Shown: one piece after another, positions 1 through 14,034 of the stretch
Layout of the letters: every line of letters starts with the position of its first letter
How positions within the stretch are numbered: position 1 is the first letter of the stretch
The notes under the pieces: generated by a model
Told to the model about the DNA's origin: nothing
Seen by the model: only the letters and a program-made list of their open reading frames with translations
The model's database searches: none
Program-made: the position numbers and the translations under genes
Assembly: GCA_050084985.1 (NCBI GenBank)
Contig: JBITNC010000001.1
Location: forward strand, 71,300,001 to 71,364,000
Direction of reading: 5' to 3'
From: Nageia nagi
Lineage: Eukaryota; Plantae; Pinophyta
DNA: 64,000 nt

Positions 1-631
1 AAAATTGTAAAAATTACAAAGCTAAATTGAAGCTAAAAAATATTCATATATATTTTTATAGAAAATTTAAAGAGTTTCATTGCAATCTGCTACTAGGTGA
101 TAATAGTTTGCTACCAACAAAATGGACTCCAATCACATAATATAAATGTAATATAATAAAGAAACCTATAAAATTATACTCTTCTCATTCCTAAATTCAC
201 GCTACTTATTCAAAAGAATACAATCTATCATATAGCAACCAAAAAACCCCTAAAGCAACCCTAAAATTATCTTTTTCTAAAAATAGCTGAAAATAAAAAT
301 GAGTTGAATTGTGTACAAAATGACATGTACATACCTCTTACAATAATCAGCCTCAATTTAAAATATCAAGACTCAAATTAATGTATAAAAAAAGATATTA
401 AATTTCTAACATACAAAAAAGCCTAAAAATCTTGAGAATATAAAACAAAAGTTAATTTTGGGATGCTAGATGGAAGAGTTAGATCCTAAAAATATGATTT
501 TTTAAGGGTCTAATATAATAAAATTAAGCTAAATATAGAACACACATATGGAGCCATATTTTAAATTTCAAGAAAAATGAACATCACAATCAAAAGTTAT
601 AGCTCTAGGAAGGTGCATCATGTCAAACAGT

Positions 632-933
632 AGCAAGAAGTATGCTATTGAGCGGTACAAGTCTACTACTAGGCAACAATAGTATGCTACTAAGTAGAAG
701 CAATCTACTACTAGGTGGTAGTAGTTTGCTATTAGGTGGTAGTAGTATGCTATGAGGTAGTAGCTATATGCTACTAGGCAATAGTAATAGGTAGCAGAAT
801 GCCACTAGATAGTAGCAAGTTACTGATAGGCAGTAGAAGTTTGTTGTCATGTGGTATTAGCTTGCTACCATTCAAAGGTAGAATGCCACCATTCAAAGAC
901 AACATGCAACCATTTGAAGGTAGACTACTACCA
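632..933. repeat. Degenerate ~21-bp tandem repeat (consensus like ctactaggtggtagtagtttg), about 14 copies
   Basis: Units such as ctactaggcaacaatagtatg, ctactaggtggtagtagtttg and ctattaggtggtagtagtatg recur. They give the 7-aa periodicity of the spurious ORF 774-968. Confidence 0.7.
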
Positions 934-1229
934 TCTTTAAAATATTTCATCATCCAAAGGAGATCCAAAAGAAAATAATAATGGATGCATCAAATTTATT
1001 ATTTAGAGTAAGGTATTTATATGGGGTGATTTAATAAAAATATAAATAATAATTTGTAATTTTGAGGTGAATTCATTTATTTATTATTTCAAATATTAGT
1101 GATTTAATAAAAATTTAATTTAAAATTTAAATTCTACTTGGTGACCTCAACTAAAAATAATAATAAAAAAAAATTTGATGACATGGGTATTGTTCTAACC
1201 CAAAACATTCACCATTTTCCAGTTTTGAA

Positions 1230-2400
1230 TTTCTAAAATTATCTTATTATCGAATATTCATGGCTAAAATGATACTTGTAAACCTCCAATTATTTCAACC
1301 AATTATTCACCTTTTTCTCATCAACCTCTCCTTCAAAAGTAGGAATGTCTACTTTGGCCTCCACCTTTAATGGAACTTGATTTGATGAAGATGATGAATT
1401 AGGTTTCCCAACTACATCATTATATTTCTTATTGAAATTTATATTTTCTCCAACAACTCAACCAAATCATTCTCCATTTTTGAAAATCTCTTTTCAAAAT
1501 TAGCATCTGACATGGTACAAACAACATATTGTTACTCCTCGCATTGTCCATTTCTATCACTCTACACCTTTGACCAATCTTAGGATCCTTTGGAATCAAT
1601 GTTGGTCTTTGAGATCTCATCCTAAACATCAAAAATCATGTCATTGGTGGCCTAAAATTCTCAAAATTTTGGCACTAAATTTTGCACACACAAGCTCTAA
1701 TACCACATGATCTATAATCACCAGATGCTTATAGCATACTTGGATCCTCACTTACATATTCGAATGAAAAAATATACATCCTTATGAGATCATACAAATT
1801 GCATATAAATTCAAAATTGTATAGTATAAACTACAAACTAGAAATTTCAAACACACGATAAGATAAACATAATGATTTTAGCCTAGTTTATCTAATGTGG
1901 GTTAATCCAACATGGAATTGGTGCCTTCTCTTCTCATTTTCTATGGAAATTACAATATTACATGTATAGAGAAATACCATCAACACAATGGCAACACAAT
2001 CTCCTACAATTACTACAATCTCCAATAGTAAGAAGAAAATAATTTTAGAACTACTAAACTCTCAAATGACTCTTGGCCTTCCTTCAAATCCTATAATCCT
2101 AAAATCTTAAAACTCTCTCAAAACTCCCTTCATGGAAACAAAGAATAGCACACCCCTTAAATAAGCTTGGAATTATCTCCAAGACATCAATTGAAGACAC
2201 TAAGCTACTCAGCTATCCAAAATATTGATGTCCCTTCAACTTCCCATGTTGACTCATCAAGGTGCATGTCATTGATAGCCTAAATATAGTATAGCACACC
2301 CTTGGAGGCATGTTCTGTACATTAATCAACTCCAAATTTTAGTCTTTGACCTATATCCAAGCATAGATACCTCTATAATGAGTACTTCTTTTGCAAATAC
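1230..2400 (-). mobile_element. Decayed LTR retrotransposon 5' part (LTR, tRNA-iMet PBS, gag start)
   Basis: gctctaatacca at 1694-1705 is the reverse complement of a deaminated PBS (tggtattagagc). TG at 1708-1709 marks the LTR end. A gag-like ORF remnant lies at 1429-1632. Outer limits are uncertain. Confidence 0.6.
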
Positions 2401-5400
2401 AACTTAATACAACCTAATTTGGATCAACTGTAAGTACCACAATATCAAGATGGAAAGTTCTAAATGGTACTAAAATCTACTCTCTATAAGAGCAACATTA
2501 GGGTAGTAGGCTAAGCCTTATTCTTATCTATTACCTCTTAAGCTAATCATCATCACTCTTCTAACACTTGGAGTACCTCATCCAACTTAGCATAAATAAA
2601 TTCATCACCTTTTCTCAATTGTGCCACCACTACATCTAAATCCATAATATCTTACCATAGCCAACCAATAAAGAAAATTAAAAATGTGCAACCCCATATG
2701 AAAAATTTAATCAAATCCCTATAAGTTTATATTTTTAGGATTAAATATTAATAATCACACCATCTTCACCTTCATCAAAACTCTACCATCCCACTTGATC
2801 TTCACTTGAACTACATGTAATTATAAAATCATATTAAATAATTCACAACACCTTGGATGTGTAGTTGTACCGAACATGGTATAATCCATAAATCTTGATA
2901 TAAATACAATTGAGGTGTACTTTCCAAGATACATACATTAAAGCAATGTAATTTTGGCTCAATTACCAAGAATACTACATGATCAAGATTAATGTTTATG
3001 GCACCACTAATATCCAAAGAGTCATAATTACTGACAACCACCAAATACCAATGAACACCACTTGGTCAACATGTAAAAAATCAACCATGGGAGACATTAT
3101 AGAGAAGTGATGGAGCGACCGCTCAAGGAGCAATTACAAAATTAGATGAAAAGCTACTAGTCTAAAAGAATTTGCATAGCTAGTGAAGAAGATATTTTGG
3201 AATGAGAAAAGGAATATCATTGAGATGGAATAATCCTCCTCTAGTTGAGGGATTCATGGAGAAACTACTTGGCTACCACTTCATGGGAGTACTACATGGA
3301 GTATAAGGTATCAATGAATCCAAGTTGTACATACATATGGTGAAGCTCAATGATCTAGATATCACAAATGCAAACCTAGAAGGTACACTTCATAGAAGAT
3401 GAAGAAAAAATATTTTGGGAAATAGGATTGTATAACCTCATAAATATGCCAAGATTTTGTATCTATGGTGGTATAGAAAATTTTATCTACAAACACTACC
3501 ATGAAAATAATATTTGGCTTTGGCTTGACAAATCATATGAGATCATAATGATGATGGTGGAGCATATAACAAGGCTGAAATAACAGGGAACTAACCATTC
3601 CATCTCATACAAAAGTGAAAACCAAAAAAAATCTAAATATATTTAGGAGATATTAGGATAAAATATAAACATAAAATCCATCAAACTAGGTTCAATTATT
3701 TTGAGATCTATAAGAGCTACAACAATAGTCATCACTCAATGACTATTCTACAACAAAATCCTACAACAACATCACAACTATGCAATGTTGTTTGGTATAT
3801 AATATAATAAATGATCAAGAAAGACACCCCTTTTCAATATGCTTCCTTTTTATTTTTAGTCATAATATATTTTCTCCAATGATTTCCATTTGAGTGATCA
3901 ATTACATCTACATAAAGAAAAGGAAAGAAAGGGGAAGAGGTATTCAACATGGTAGAGTGATTCAATATAGACAACTCATACTCTCTCATCAAATTCTACA
4001 AAGAAATCAACATACACTCTATAAATCTTCCAAAATGGATGAATCTCTAATATAACCCTCCTCAAATTAAGGAAAATCAACAAAAATAATTTCTTATTAG
4101 TGATGATCAATTTAATATTAGTCAGGAGAAACTATCTAGTCCTCTGGTTGTCAAGGCATAACTCCCATATCAAGTTAATTTTAGGGGCTATCAATAGTTC
4201 ATCAAATCTATAAATAATAAGCAAGTTGAATAATTTATACCATTACCCTAATAAATTCAAAAGCACCAAAGGATAGCCCAAAATATATCTTCAACCTTAA
4301 AAAGTGCATTAAAAAGAAAGGAGATAGAGTCATCCATTGATTCATTGGAGGAAATTCACCTACAAAGAAGAAAAAGGCTACAACAAAGAGAACAAAGCAC
4401 AAGGGGATAGGAAGCAATGACAAAACACACCAAAAATCAAAGAGAGTCTCAAAATTCATCTCCCCTATCAACTAAGAATGATGATATAAGAGAAATTATT
4501 CCACCAATCACATAGATAAACCCACCTTTACCACCACATTTACCAAAAATATCATTAAATAACACTCCTTAAATAGCATCATTACAAGTAATTATTAACC
4601 CTTCCATTCCAATTTCAATTCCCATTTTTGTTCCATAAATATTTTTAAGTTTTCCTTATGTTAGCCCCACTGATGCTATCATTATAACCACCAACCCTTA
4701 TGATCGACCTTCAACTAGTTAGCACTCATTTGCACTACAATAGACTAGGAACAAATAGATACCCATGTACCCAACTAGGATCAGAATCATACTACACATC
4801 AATTTTCAAATATATTCAACTACATAACCTTCCTAACCTTAATACGCATGTAGTGGGAAGCCAAAGCTACTTCATAGCGGATGTTAGAAACTTCTCCCAA
4901 TTAGATCAATACCTAATTTTAATTATATTGCATGAGAATATTGATAAATTCCATTGCACCAAATAATTACAACACTGATATCTAATAAAAATGATCAATT
5001 TACTCATCTCCCAAATCTAATATTATGTTGTATATCCTTCAATCCCACCCACAAAATTGATTGATCGAATAACCAAACTTTTTTTAGACCTAATATCTAA
5101 AACCACCCAACCATTTGATCAACCCAATCTAGTACCCACCATAAAAGAAAAATTATCATCCTTAGATATCCTACCTAAGAGCACTCTAACTTAGCAGCTG
5201 GAAGGAGTTCTCAAACATCATTAATCAAAATTTGAGCAAATCTAATAGCATATTCAAATAGAGTTCAAACAATTAATGGTAGCACATTAAGAGGAGATTG
5301 AGAAATATAAAATATAAATCAACTAACTTAGGGATAATTAGTCAATCAAAGAGAAATAATAAAAAATTGAGCATCTCTAGTTGGACACAAGGAAGAAGTG

Positions 5401-8400
5401 AACAAACATCAACTTATTCAGGAAGAGGAGCTCAACAAAAATAGAAAATAATGGGTAAAGGAGGCCCACCAGCTTCAATATGAGAAGCAAATGATGAAAC
5501 AAATGCTCAAGGAAGCCCAACCTAGATAGGAATAGTGGATCAAAATTAGAAGCTCCAAGAGAAAATTGATCGACTCACAAAAGGGGTCAAAGGTATACTA
5601 GAAATGAAAAAAAAACATGGAATGACTAAGTAGGGAGATAGAAAAGATCATTAAGTTGCAATCATAATTGGATAACTTCTAAAACCAAAGGAATGGGGGG
5701 GTTAATGTAGCACAAGGAAGTACTCCACCAATACATCATCAAGATGCAATTTAAACTTAACAACTATCGGCATCTAAAATTTCATCAGTATACAATAATT
5801 GATAGACCTTATAGACATCAACCAATAGATGGTTGAAATTCATCCTAGATAAATAGAGCTACAAAATCAATTCCCTATACCAATTGGAAAACATGATGAG
5901 CTTACTAAGATAAATCAATAAATTTTATACTTAGAAACTCTAAAAAAGGAAAGGACTACAACAATAAAAAATAAAATAAGTGAACTATAGAAAATCAACC
6001 ATGTCCACCACTCATTGGACACCTCCCAAGCAGTCCAAGTTAAGATGCAACTTATCTCAATATGTTGACAAATCAAGCGCAAGATAAATTTTTTGATCCT
6101 CTAATGAAAAAAGTATTCAACATAACCACAGTTTGGTTGTAGCAACTCACTACTACCACTCTAGCCCAAATCCAACAAAAGCTCCAACCAATATCTTAAG
6201 AACACCAAACTATCAATGTTACAGTTGAGAATTAGTTTTTCCCATGGTTCATAATGAAGATGTAAATACTTTAAGTATAATTTGATCGATTGTATATGAA
6301 TGAATGTGCTCCAAAAAAGAATATAAAAAGAAGGGAATTTTGATTGAATCTTGATGTTATGAATGTATGCAGAAAAGATGATTTAAAATAATAATCAAAA
6401 GGGTAAAAAGGAATAAACTAAATACATAGTTTTAGAACCCATAAGAAGTTATAAGTAGTTAACACTTAACCACAAATGGTTAAAGAAATGGGGAAATCTA
6501 AAAAGTAAGAATCATTAAGAGAAGATCACATACAAAAGGAGGAATAAATAATAGAACAAAGTAAGGTGAATTCTATAAATAAAATTTCTTTAAGGAAGAT
6601 TCCCCTATCCCAAATATACCAAATGGCTCATCAATTTTACTACAATTCCTATAAAAATTTAACTACCCCATGGAACTATTTCCATGTGTAGAATTCAATG
6701 TTAATAATTTCCTAACATCTCTATAGATTGTTAGAAGTTTGATTATTCACACAACCTACAAACTTGAAGTACATGGCTAGAAGATGATAGTAAGAGGAGA
6801 ATACTTGACCATTTTAGTGGATGCCCATAGGATATTCTTGGAGGATGAGTGGGAGTTCATTCAACTATGGTTCACCTTTGTGAGGTGGACTTACAAGACT
6901 CCTCAAGTATGGCTGAAATGTTCAACAATACATACTCATAGAAGTCTTGATGAATACATGATTTGGAGCTCAATTGTAAATGACTATGAATTGGGATGGG
7001 TAATGTGATGATTATCTTATGTGAGATATAGTGATTACTTCACTCAACCTTACTAACCTAATATCATTAATCTAAACTTATATCAATTTTTGAGAACATA
7101 TATTCAACATCAACTTATGGACATCCATCAACCAAAGAAAATATTTGAATATATAACAAGGATATTACAAACCTAGAAAAGAAATAAGAAAAAGACTAAG
7201 AGTCCCATTTGAACTACTACCACATTGGATCTATGTAAGATTTTAGACCTCTAATTCGATATTAAATATATACTCATTATTAAATTTTAAGAGACTCCTA
7301 TTCTTTGGAATTATATATATATGGATAGGATTTGTTCATACATGCAAATGCCTTGTAGTTATTTCTATAGGAATAGTTTGAGCTTCATATGATGATAAAA
7401 GCTCTACAATTTTAGGTAGGCCCAACACCTCAAATAATATTGGATTATGCCACCCATATTTCATTCTTAGACTCTTTTATTTTTATGTTTATTCATTTCA
7501 TGGTACAACCCCATGTAATTGAGTGGATCATTGATCAACTTCCAAGGATAAAAGTTATGTACAATTATAATAATTACTTTATGTAAATAATGATCTAGTA
7601 CCTATGTTAATAGAACAATGATAGGGGTGTTGTGATAGAATAAGTGTTTATCTTATCATGTAAATTCAAAGAAGATATCACAAACAACATTGCATCAAAT
7701 ACCAATCAAGGAGACTCCTCATCAATGGGATAAGATACTAAATATGGTTCCAAGATGATCTGGTTATTTAAGTTGAGGAGTATGTTAGCAAGAGAGAATT
7801 CCAATTATTCTAAACATGGAATTTGATATAAACTAACCACTAAATTATAACTATCAATATAATTTAGTCAACACCAAATATAACCTTCTTTGATTGAATC
7901 AACACACCTCTCTAATCAATCCCAATAAATTGTTAAGAGGAGGATTGAGAGCTAAGTTATACTGGATAAGGGCCAAGAGTATTAGATAGATTAAAAAGAC
8001 TACATAGTGGTTTAATCATCCTTATAATCAATTGTATTGAATTTTATTATATTAATAAATACTTATCCCCCTTTTTTGACTCAATTAAAAAATCTTTTAC
8101 CTCTATTTTACCTTTCTATTTGTTCATTGAATCTCAATTATAGATAAGAACCCTACCGATCAATTTAATAGATCAACATATAATAGTGACTCTAATGAAG
8201 ACTTAAATACCACTACCCTCCTATGGAATACTTGAGCACATGATATCATAAATATGTGAGAATATAAAATAAAGACCAAAAAAAGGTATTTAAGGTCTTA
8301 AAGGAATGCAATGGCTAGGATCTTCTAGAGTACCTTGGGTTTGATGACATAGGGGAAGAACTAGATGATTATCATTCTCAAATGATGTATTATTTGTCAT

Positions 8401-9458
8401 AAGAAACTACTCTAATTGAAGCATTATAGGATACTTTATAAAATACAACTACAAGGTGGTGGAATATGCAACCTAGTGTCCTCCTCTCATTGGACCAAAT
8501 TAAGATTCATATAAGACTCTGATTAACTTTTCTAAACTTCATAATATGATTACTACCCCATACATTAGTGATTGGATCACCTCCAACCATCTACTAATAT
8601 GTTGATATAGATGGAATCAATAACAAAAAATGGAACCTACTCAATGGGCACAACTATTTTATTAGACCTTGGGATAAATCCTAAGGGCATGGTATGTTCA
8701 TTAAGAACTAAGATAAGAGACTAACAATTGGATATATCTAAAATTTTAATTCATCCAAACTTTATATTTTTATAGGGCTAACAAAAATATCAAGAAAGGA
8801 CTACTAAGAATCAAGGAGTTTCTCTTTCTACCTCTAGATGATGCTCAAATTGAATTAACCCAATATCTTAAGTTCATTCTATCTCTTTGTGAGTCGCCAA
8901 GCACTACTAAGATGTATACTTTTATGAAGATAAAAAAATAGCTTCACCTTGAAGTACATGAAGAGAAAAGAGATCTAATTATTGAACATATAAATAAAAC
9001 CTATGAAGCATAAATGTGCAATAAGAGAATTAATATTGGCATAGAATAAGAACCAAATATGATGATAATTGGTAACTATTAGACAAACATAATTAATAAA
9101 ATCATTAAAACTTTAGTTGATTTCAATATCTTATATTCTTAAAAGACTATATAGAGTTAAAAGGAATGAAGGAAGAATCAAGATTCATGTAGATCCAACT
9201 AGAACTAGATTATAGCCCATGAAAATAAAGACCTTACCAGTTGAACCCATATATAAATAAAGAAACTATTGATAAAATGAAAGTTGTTGGAATTATATCA
9301 CTAGTTGAAAATATATAATAGATTAATCCCATGGTTTTTCAAGATAATAAATAGGAGAAATTCATATATACATCAACTTTCAAGAATCAAATTAGGCTTG
9401 CAAACATTATCCCTTTTCCACACCTTTCATGGAAGAAATCTTGGAAAACATCACTAGT

Positions 9459-10519
9459 CACTACTACATTTTAGTGATTTAGATCATACCATGCATTATA
9501 AGGTTGTATTTTGATGTCATGATGCAATATGCATCATTATTTTGCATGTCTAAGTCAATCTAGATAAAACCATTTTTTTACACATTGGGTGACACATTTT
9601 AGTGCATCAAGTAATGCGTTTAGTGATACATGGAATAGAAAAAAAGGTATAGATCATGCAAATAGATCATGGCATGATCCATTATTGACCATCGATGAAT
9701 TAACTTGATCAATGATTGAGTTTTAATGATGGGTATGATGCCATTGATGAGTAAATGAAGGAGCTTACCCTTTATAAGGGCATTTTTATGGATACATGTC
9801 TATAGTTTTTGTGATACAAGTATACAGGAGATGAAGACAAGTTGTAGAACATAGATAGTAGTGTGTATATGCATTTTGTGGTAAGAAAAATGTGCAATGC
9901 ATGCTTCAAACACCTACAAAGTTTGGTACAAGAGGCCCTCAAAGTTTGGTGGATGCCATGAAGTTTTTAACTATATGCTCATAGAATATGATAATTTCAA
10001 GTTACCAAAGATACAAATTTCTTCAACAAGCATTGAAACTCTTTCACCAAATGCAATAGACATTAATAGTACTCCAACCAAATGAATTCACCTTTCCCAA
10101 CATCCTAAAAGCATGCACCAAACTAAGAGACTTGAAAAAGGGTTTATACATACATCAAAGACTCTTTAAAATAAAAAATTTATCAAATGTTATAGTTGTG
10201 AGCACCTTGTTAGACATATATGCAAAATATGGAAGTGTAGAGAAGATAGATAAATTATTTGTCAAGATGAAAACCCTCATTCTTGTAATTTTTATGATAT
10301 ACATGATGTATAAAACATTATGTATAGCATTAATTATGTGACACTCATAACTTGATATATGAAGCAAGGAATGACACTATACTTGATGCTACAAATGATG
10401 CTTTATTTGATAGTACCCTTAGCATCAATTAATATGTCATGATTTTTTCAATTTTTTTAAAACAATAACACTATGGATTGATGCATGGTATGATGCAAAT
10501 TTGCTAAAATGTAGTAGTG
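9459..10519. mobile_element. Non-autonomous CACTA (En/Spm) DNA transposon with a captured gene fragment (Pack-CACTA)
   Basis: Starts cactactacattttag and ends ctaaaatgtagtagtg (16-bp perfect TIR, extending imperfectly to about 40 bp including atcataccatgcat/atgcatggtatgat). The 3-bp flanks agt/att are a TSD with 1 mismatch. It interrupts a gypsy RT whose two halves are colinear. Confidence 0.9.
9940..10275 (+). pseudogene. PLS-class pentatricopeptide repeat (PPR) gene fragment inside the CACTA
   Basis: Translation S*NMIISSYQRYKFLQQALKLFHQMQ*..QPNEFTFPNILKACTKLRDLKKGLYIHQRLFKIKNLSNVIVVSTLLDIYAKYGSVEKIDKLFVKM matches P-L-S PPR motifs, with in-frame stops. Confidence 0.85.
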
Positions 10520-10612
10520 ATTTGAGAAAATATTGCTTTATCAATGGATTCTCTTGATACCATAAAGTAAAAATAGCAAAGGAAGATCATCTAAAAATAT
10601 ACTCCTTTACCA

Positions 10613-13600
10613 ATGTAAAAAAGTAAGAGACAATCTCCTACACCCTGTGATAGATACCTCACTCCATCATAATAGAATAAAGTAAGAGAAAAGCTCCAAC
10701 CAAGAAAGAGAAAAGCTCCATCATGATAGATATCTTATTTCTTTTGGGAGTCCTTATATAGGAGGGGTAGTTCATCTTCTAATATTGTATTGACATGATC
10801 CAATAGTGTACAATGATGATCTGTGTGCTCAAAATACTAACATCCAAGACAAGATGCCTTGGGATTAGATTAATCACATATAAGGCCCAAGAATTCTAAT
10901 GTTGGGATTATGGAACCTTTAATGCATATCTATGTTTGAAATGATTCTTGAGTAATACAAGTTTTTCCTTTATTGGTTGGGCTTATTGGATTGATGAGGT
11001 TCCCTATTCTCTTTGTAATTCTCAATTATATTTTTGAGTCCTTCTTCTTGCATAAACTCTCATTCCATTTTTTTTCCTAATAGTCTCTTCTTCCCTATGT
11101 CTATATAGTAATGAAGTGGATCCCTTTACTTGTTCCCTTATTGGATTTTATGTTACTATATTAAGGGTGCATGATCCTCATCTTCCTCTCCTTTAGTAAT
11201 TTCAATAAAATCTTGAAAATTGAGTGCTTTCTAAATTTCTTATGGAAGATTCCAATATTCTTAGAATAATTTGAGAAGATATGATGTAATTGAAGTGGTA
11301 TGATTGGTGTTCACATGTCTAGTTATTTCATCTTCCTTCCTCCTACATATGCATTCCTTTTGGTGTGACATATAAAACTCCTTGTAGAAAAACAAACTTG
11401 ATAATATCTAGGGATCTTTCAAAGAAATGCTTCATCCTATTCATTCCAAAATATGCCATGGAAAATCCTAGGTATAATGAATTGCCTTTGAGATTCCTTG
11501 TACCTCAATTCCTCTTTCCAAATATTAAAAATTTGTTAGATGCTTGCTTCTATGTTTTTTGCCTTTAAAATTTAGAATTAGAACCCTTGAGAGTGGATGT
11601 AGGCATCTAAATGGTGATATAGAGTGGAAAGGCCTCCATAATCCTAATGAACTACCTTAGGCCTAGAATTGGGCTTCCAAAAACCTAATGAAGTATCCTT
11701 ATGTGCTCAATGCATATCTCCAAGCTCCCTTATTGCCAATGGTTACCTCTAGCTCTCCATTTTTAATTTTTCTTTCCAAAAATAATGTGCTCTCCTTCTA
11801 ATCCAACGTCTAACTTTATAAGACCTCAAGGTTATTTGAATTTTTCTTTTCACATTTACATCTTACTTTCCCTCCAAAATCTATATTTTATCACAATAAA
11901 ATATAATACTAAGAATAAAACACATTATCTCTCCTAATTTAATTTTCTTATCAAATTAAATTAAATAAAATTCTCTTATCACTCCTAATTCAATTTTTTT
12001 ATCAAAAGAATTCTTTTTTTCCTAAATACAAATGAATAAAATATTTTTGAATTTTATAAAGTATTTTTTCTTTTTTCCTCCAAATTCCTCCATCTTGTAA
12101 AAATATAAATATAAATTGTAGTAACTAAAATTAGAAATTTTTAAAATTCTCAAACCTGGAAATATTGAACCTCACACTTTGAATTCACCTTCATACAAGC
12201 ATAAGCTTTGATAATGGAATGGATAATGTTGATAAATCAAGGATCACATTCAAACTTTCTTACCTCTACCCTATGAAATGATGCAAGAATCATCCATGTC
12301 TAAACACAGATGCCCATGATAATCAATCTGGATGCACAAGCTCCTACATTTTCCACCAAGGGAATATAAATAAGATCTTAGATTGAAATTTTAATCCTCC
12401 AAAATTCATAAAATTTCTCCTATAGCTACCTTTAGAATCTATAAGTTTAAACTTTTACTTTCTCAAGATGTCAAATCTCCATGGTTAAATACTCCCAATT
12501 TAATTTTTTCTCATTGCCTTAACAAAAATAAAGCTCTTTGAGTCTTCATCAACTCTAAAGACTCCCTCATATTTGGAATACCTCATAGTCCTTATGAAAA
12601 TCATGAAACTCTAAAAATATGGCCAAGAAATGTAGATGTCCAGCTTTTGGTATGAGATCCAATTGCTAAGACCTCAACATTTACCTTTAAACTATTAGAT
12701 CCATGTTTTTTATGCTAGAAACCCAAACATTTCCCTCCAAGAGGTCAAAAATTAGAATTAAGCTCCTTATCAAATCTAGTTGCTAGAATATCCTCTTGAT
12801 ACCATTGAATTTGGAAAACCTCAAACTTTTCTTGATACCACTATAGAAACCACTATAAAATTTCTAAATACCACTATGATGTGTGATGCCTTAATATTCC
12901 AACATGAAGACAAAACTAAGCTTCATAAAATTCCTTTAAAGACCTCCCAACAAGATAATAATATCTTGTCAACTCCAAATAACTTTGAAACCCTTATGAT
13001 ACCACTACAATGGATAGGTATGCAAGTTTTTGAATCCTCCTCAATCTCCCATACCTAGCAGAAGGGCAAGATATTAGCTCTTGAAATCAACTTAAAATAA
13101 TATTTGTGTAAAACCCTTGATTCCAATAGGATGGTAGAATCAAGGCTCTAATACCACTATGATGAGCCCAAGTCTTTGGCTCAATCCTAAACATGCCCTG
13201 GGAAAGGATCGCAATTTGCTTCTAAAGCTTTAAATCTCATTAATTTAGTATAAGCAATAATACCAACATCTAGCTAAAACTGGCATAAATGAAGCAAATA
13301 AACTACAAATATCCATAAATACCCAACATGGGACTAAGAAAGCCAAATTATGAACTAAATAAGTAAAACACCTCCCTAGATCCAATGTATAAGTAATAAT
13401 GAGATAAAATAGAATAATGAAAAAATAATATAATTGTATTTGAATGTGAATTGTAGTAAACCTCAATTACAATAATGATGTCAAAGAGATTATGCTCTAA
13501 AGATCAGACCCATATAGTGGCAAGGGTTACACCAAGGCTTCCTCCTCCAATAGCTATGGTGGAATCTCAAAGATCCAATATTAGTGTTCTACTAATATGG

Positions 13601-14034
13601 GGGTAATTCCAACATCCCTTAGATATCTACATGACAACATAAGATTCATCAATCCCCAAGTGTATGCCCACATAAGTTATGTCTTGCACCCCATGATAGA
13701 TACCTCACTCCACCGAAATGGAATCAAGGAAGAGACAAGTTCTAACTAAGAAAGAAAAATAATACTAATAATCAACATATCTTATATCTTCCATGAGTCT
13801 TCTATATATAAGATAGGTAGTTTATATTCTAATCTTGCTTTGAGATGATCCAACAATATACAATGATGATTTGTGTGCTCAAAATATCGATGTCTAAGAT
13901 AGGATGGCTTAGGATGAGAGTAATCATATCTAAGGGCTAAGAATACCAATGTTGCGATGATGGATCCTTTAATGCATCTCAATGATAGTGCCACAAGCTA
14001 GCAAGCCTCTAGGAGTGTGACATGGGACCTTGGG
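10613..14034 (-). mobile_element. Internally deleted LTR retrotransposon (gag remnant between two diverged LTR copies)
   Basis: PBS gctctaatacca at 13145-13156, with the LTR beginning at about 13160. A ~300-bp diverged direct repeat lies at about 10640-10935 and 13687-13985. A gag-like remnant is at about 11200-11600. Confidence 0.65.

Larger units (their letters stand above)
2900..10612 (+). mobile_element. Heavily decayed Ty3/gypsy internal region; RT split by a CACTA insertion
   Basis: RT N-terminal motifs at about 9150-9458 (RPYQLNP, ACKHYPFPTPFMEEILENITS) resume at about 10531-10612 (YCFINGFS*YHKVKIAKEDHLK). The upstream part is stop-riddled ORF-like sequence assigned by context only. 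Confidence 0.6.
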
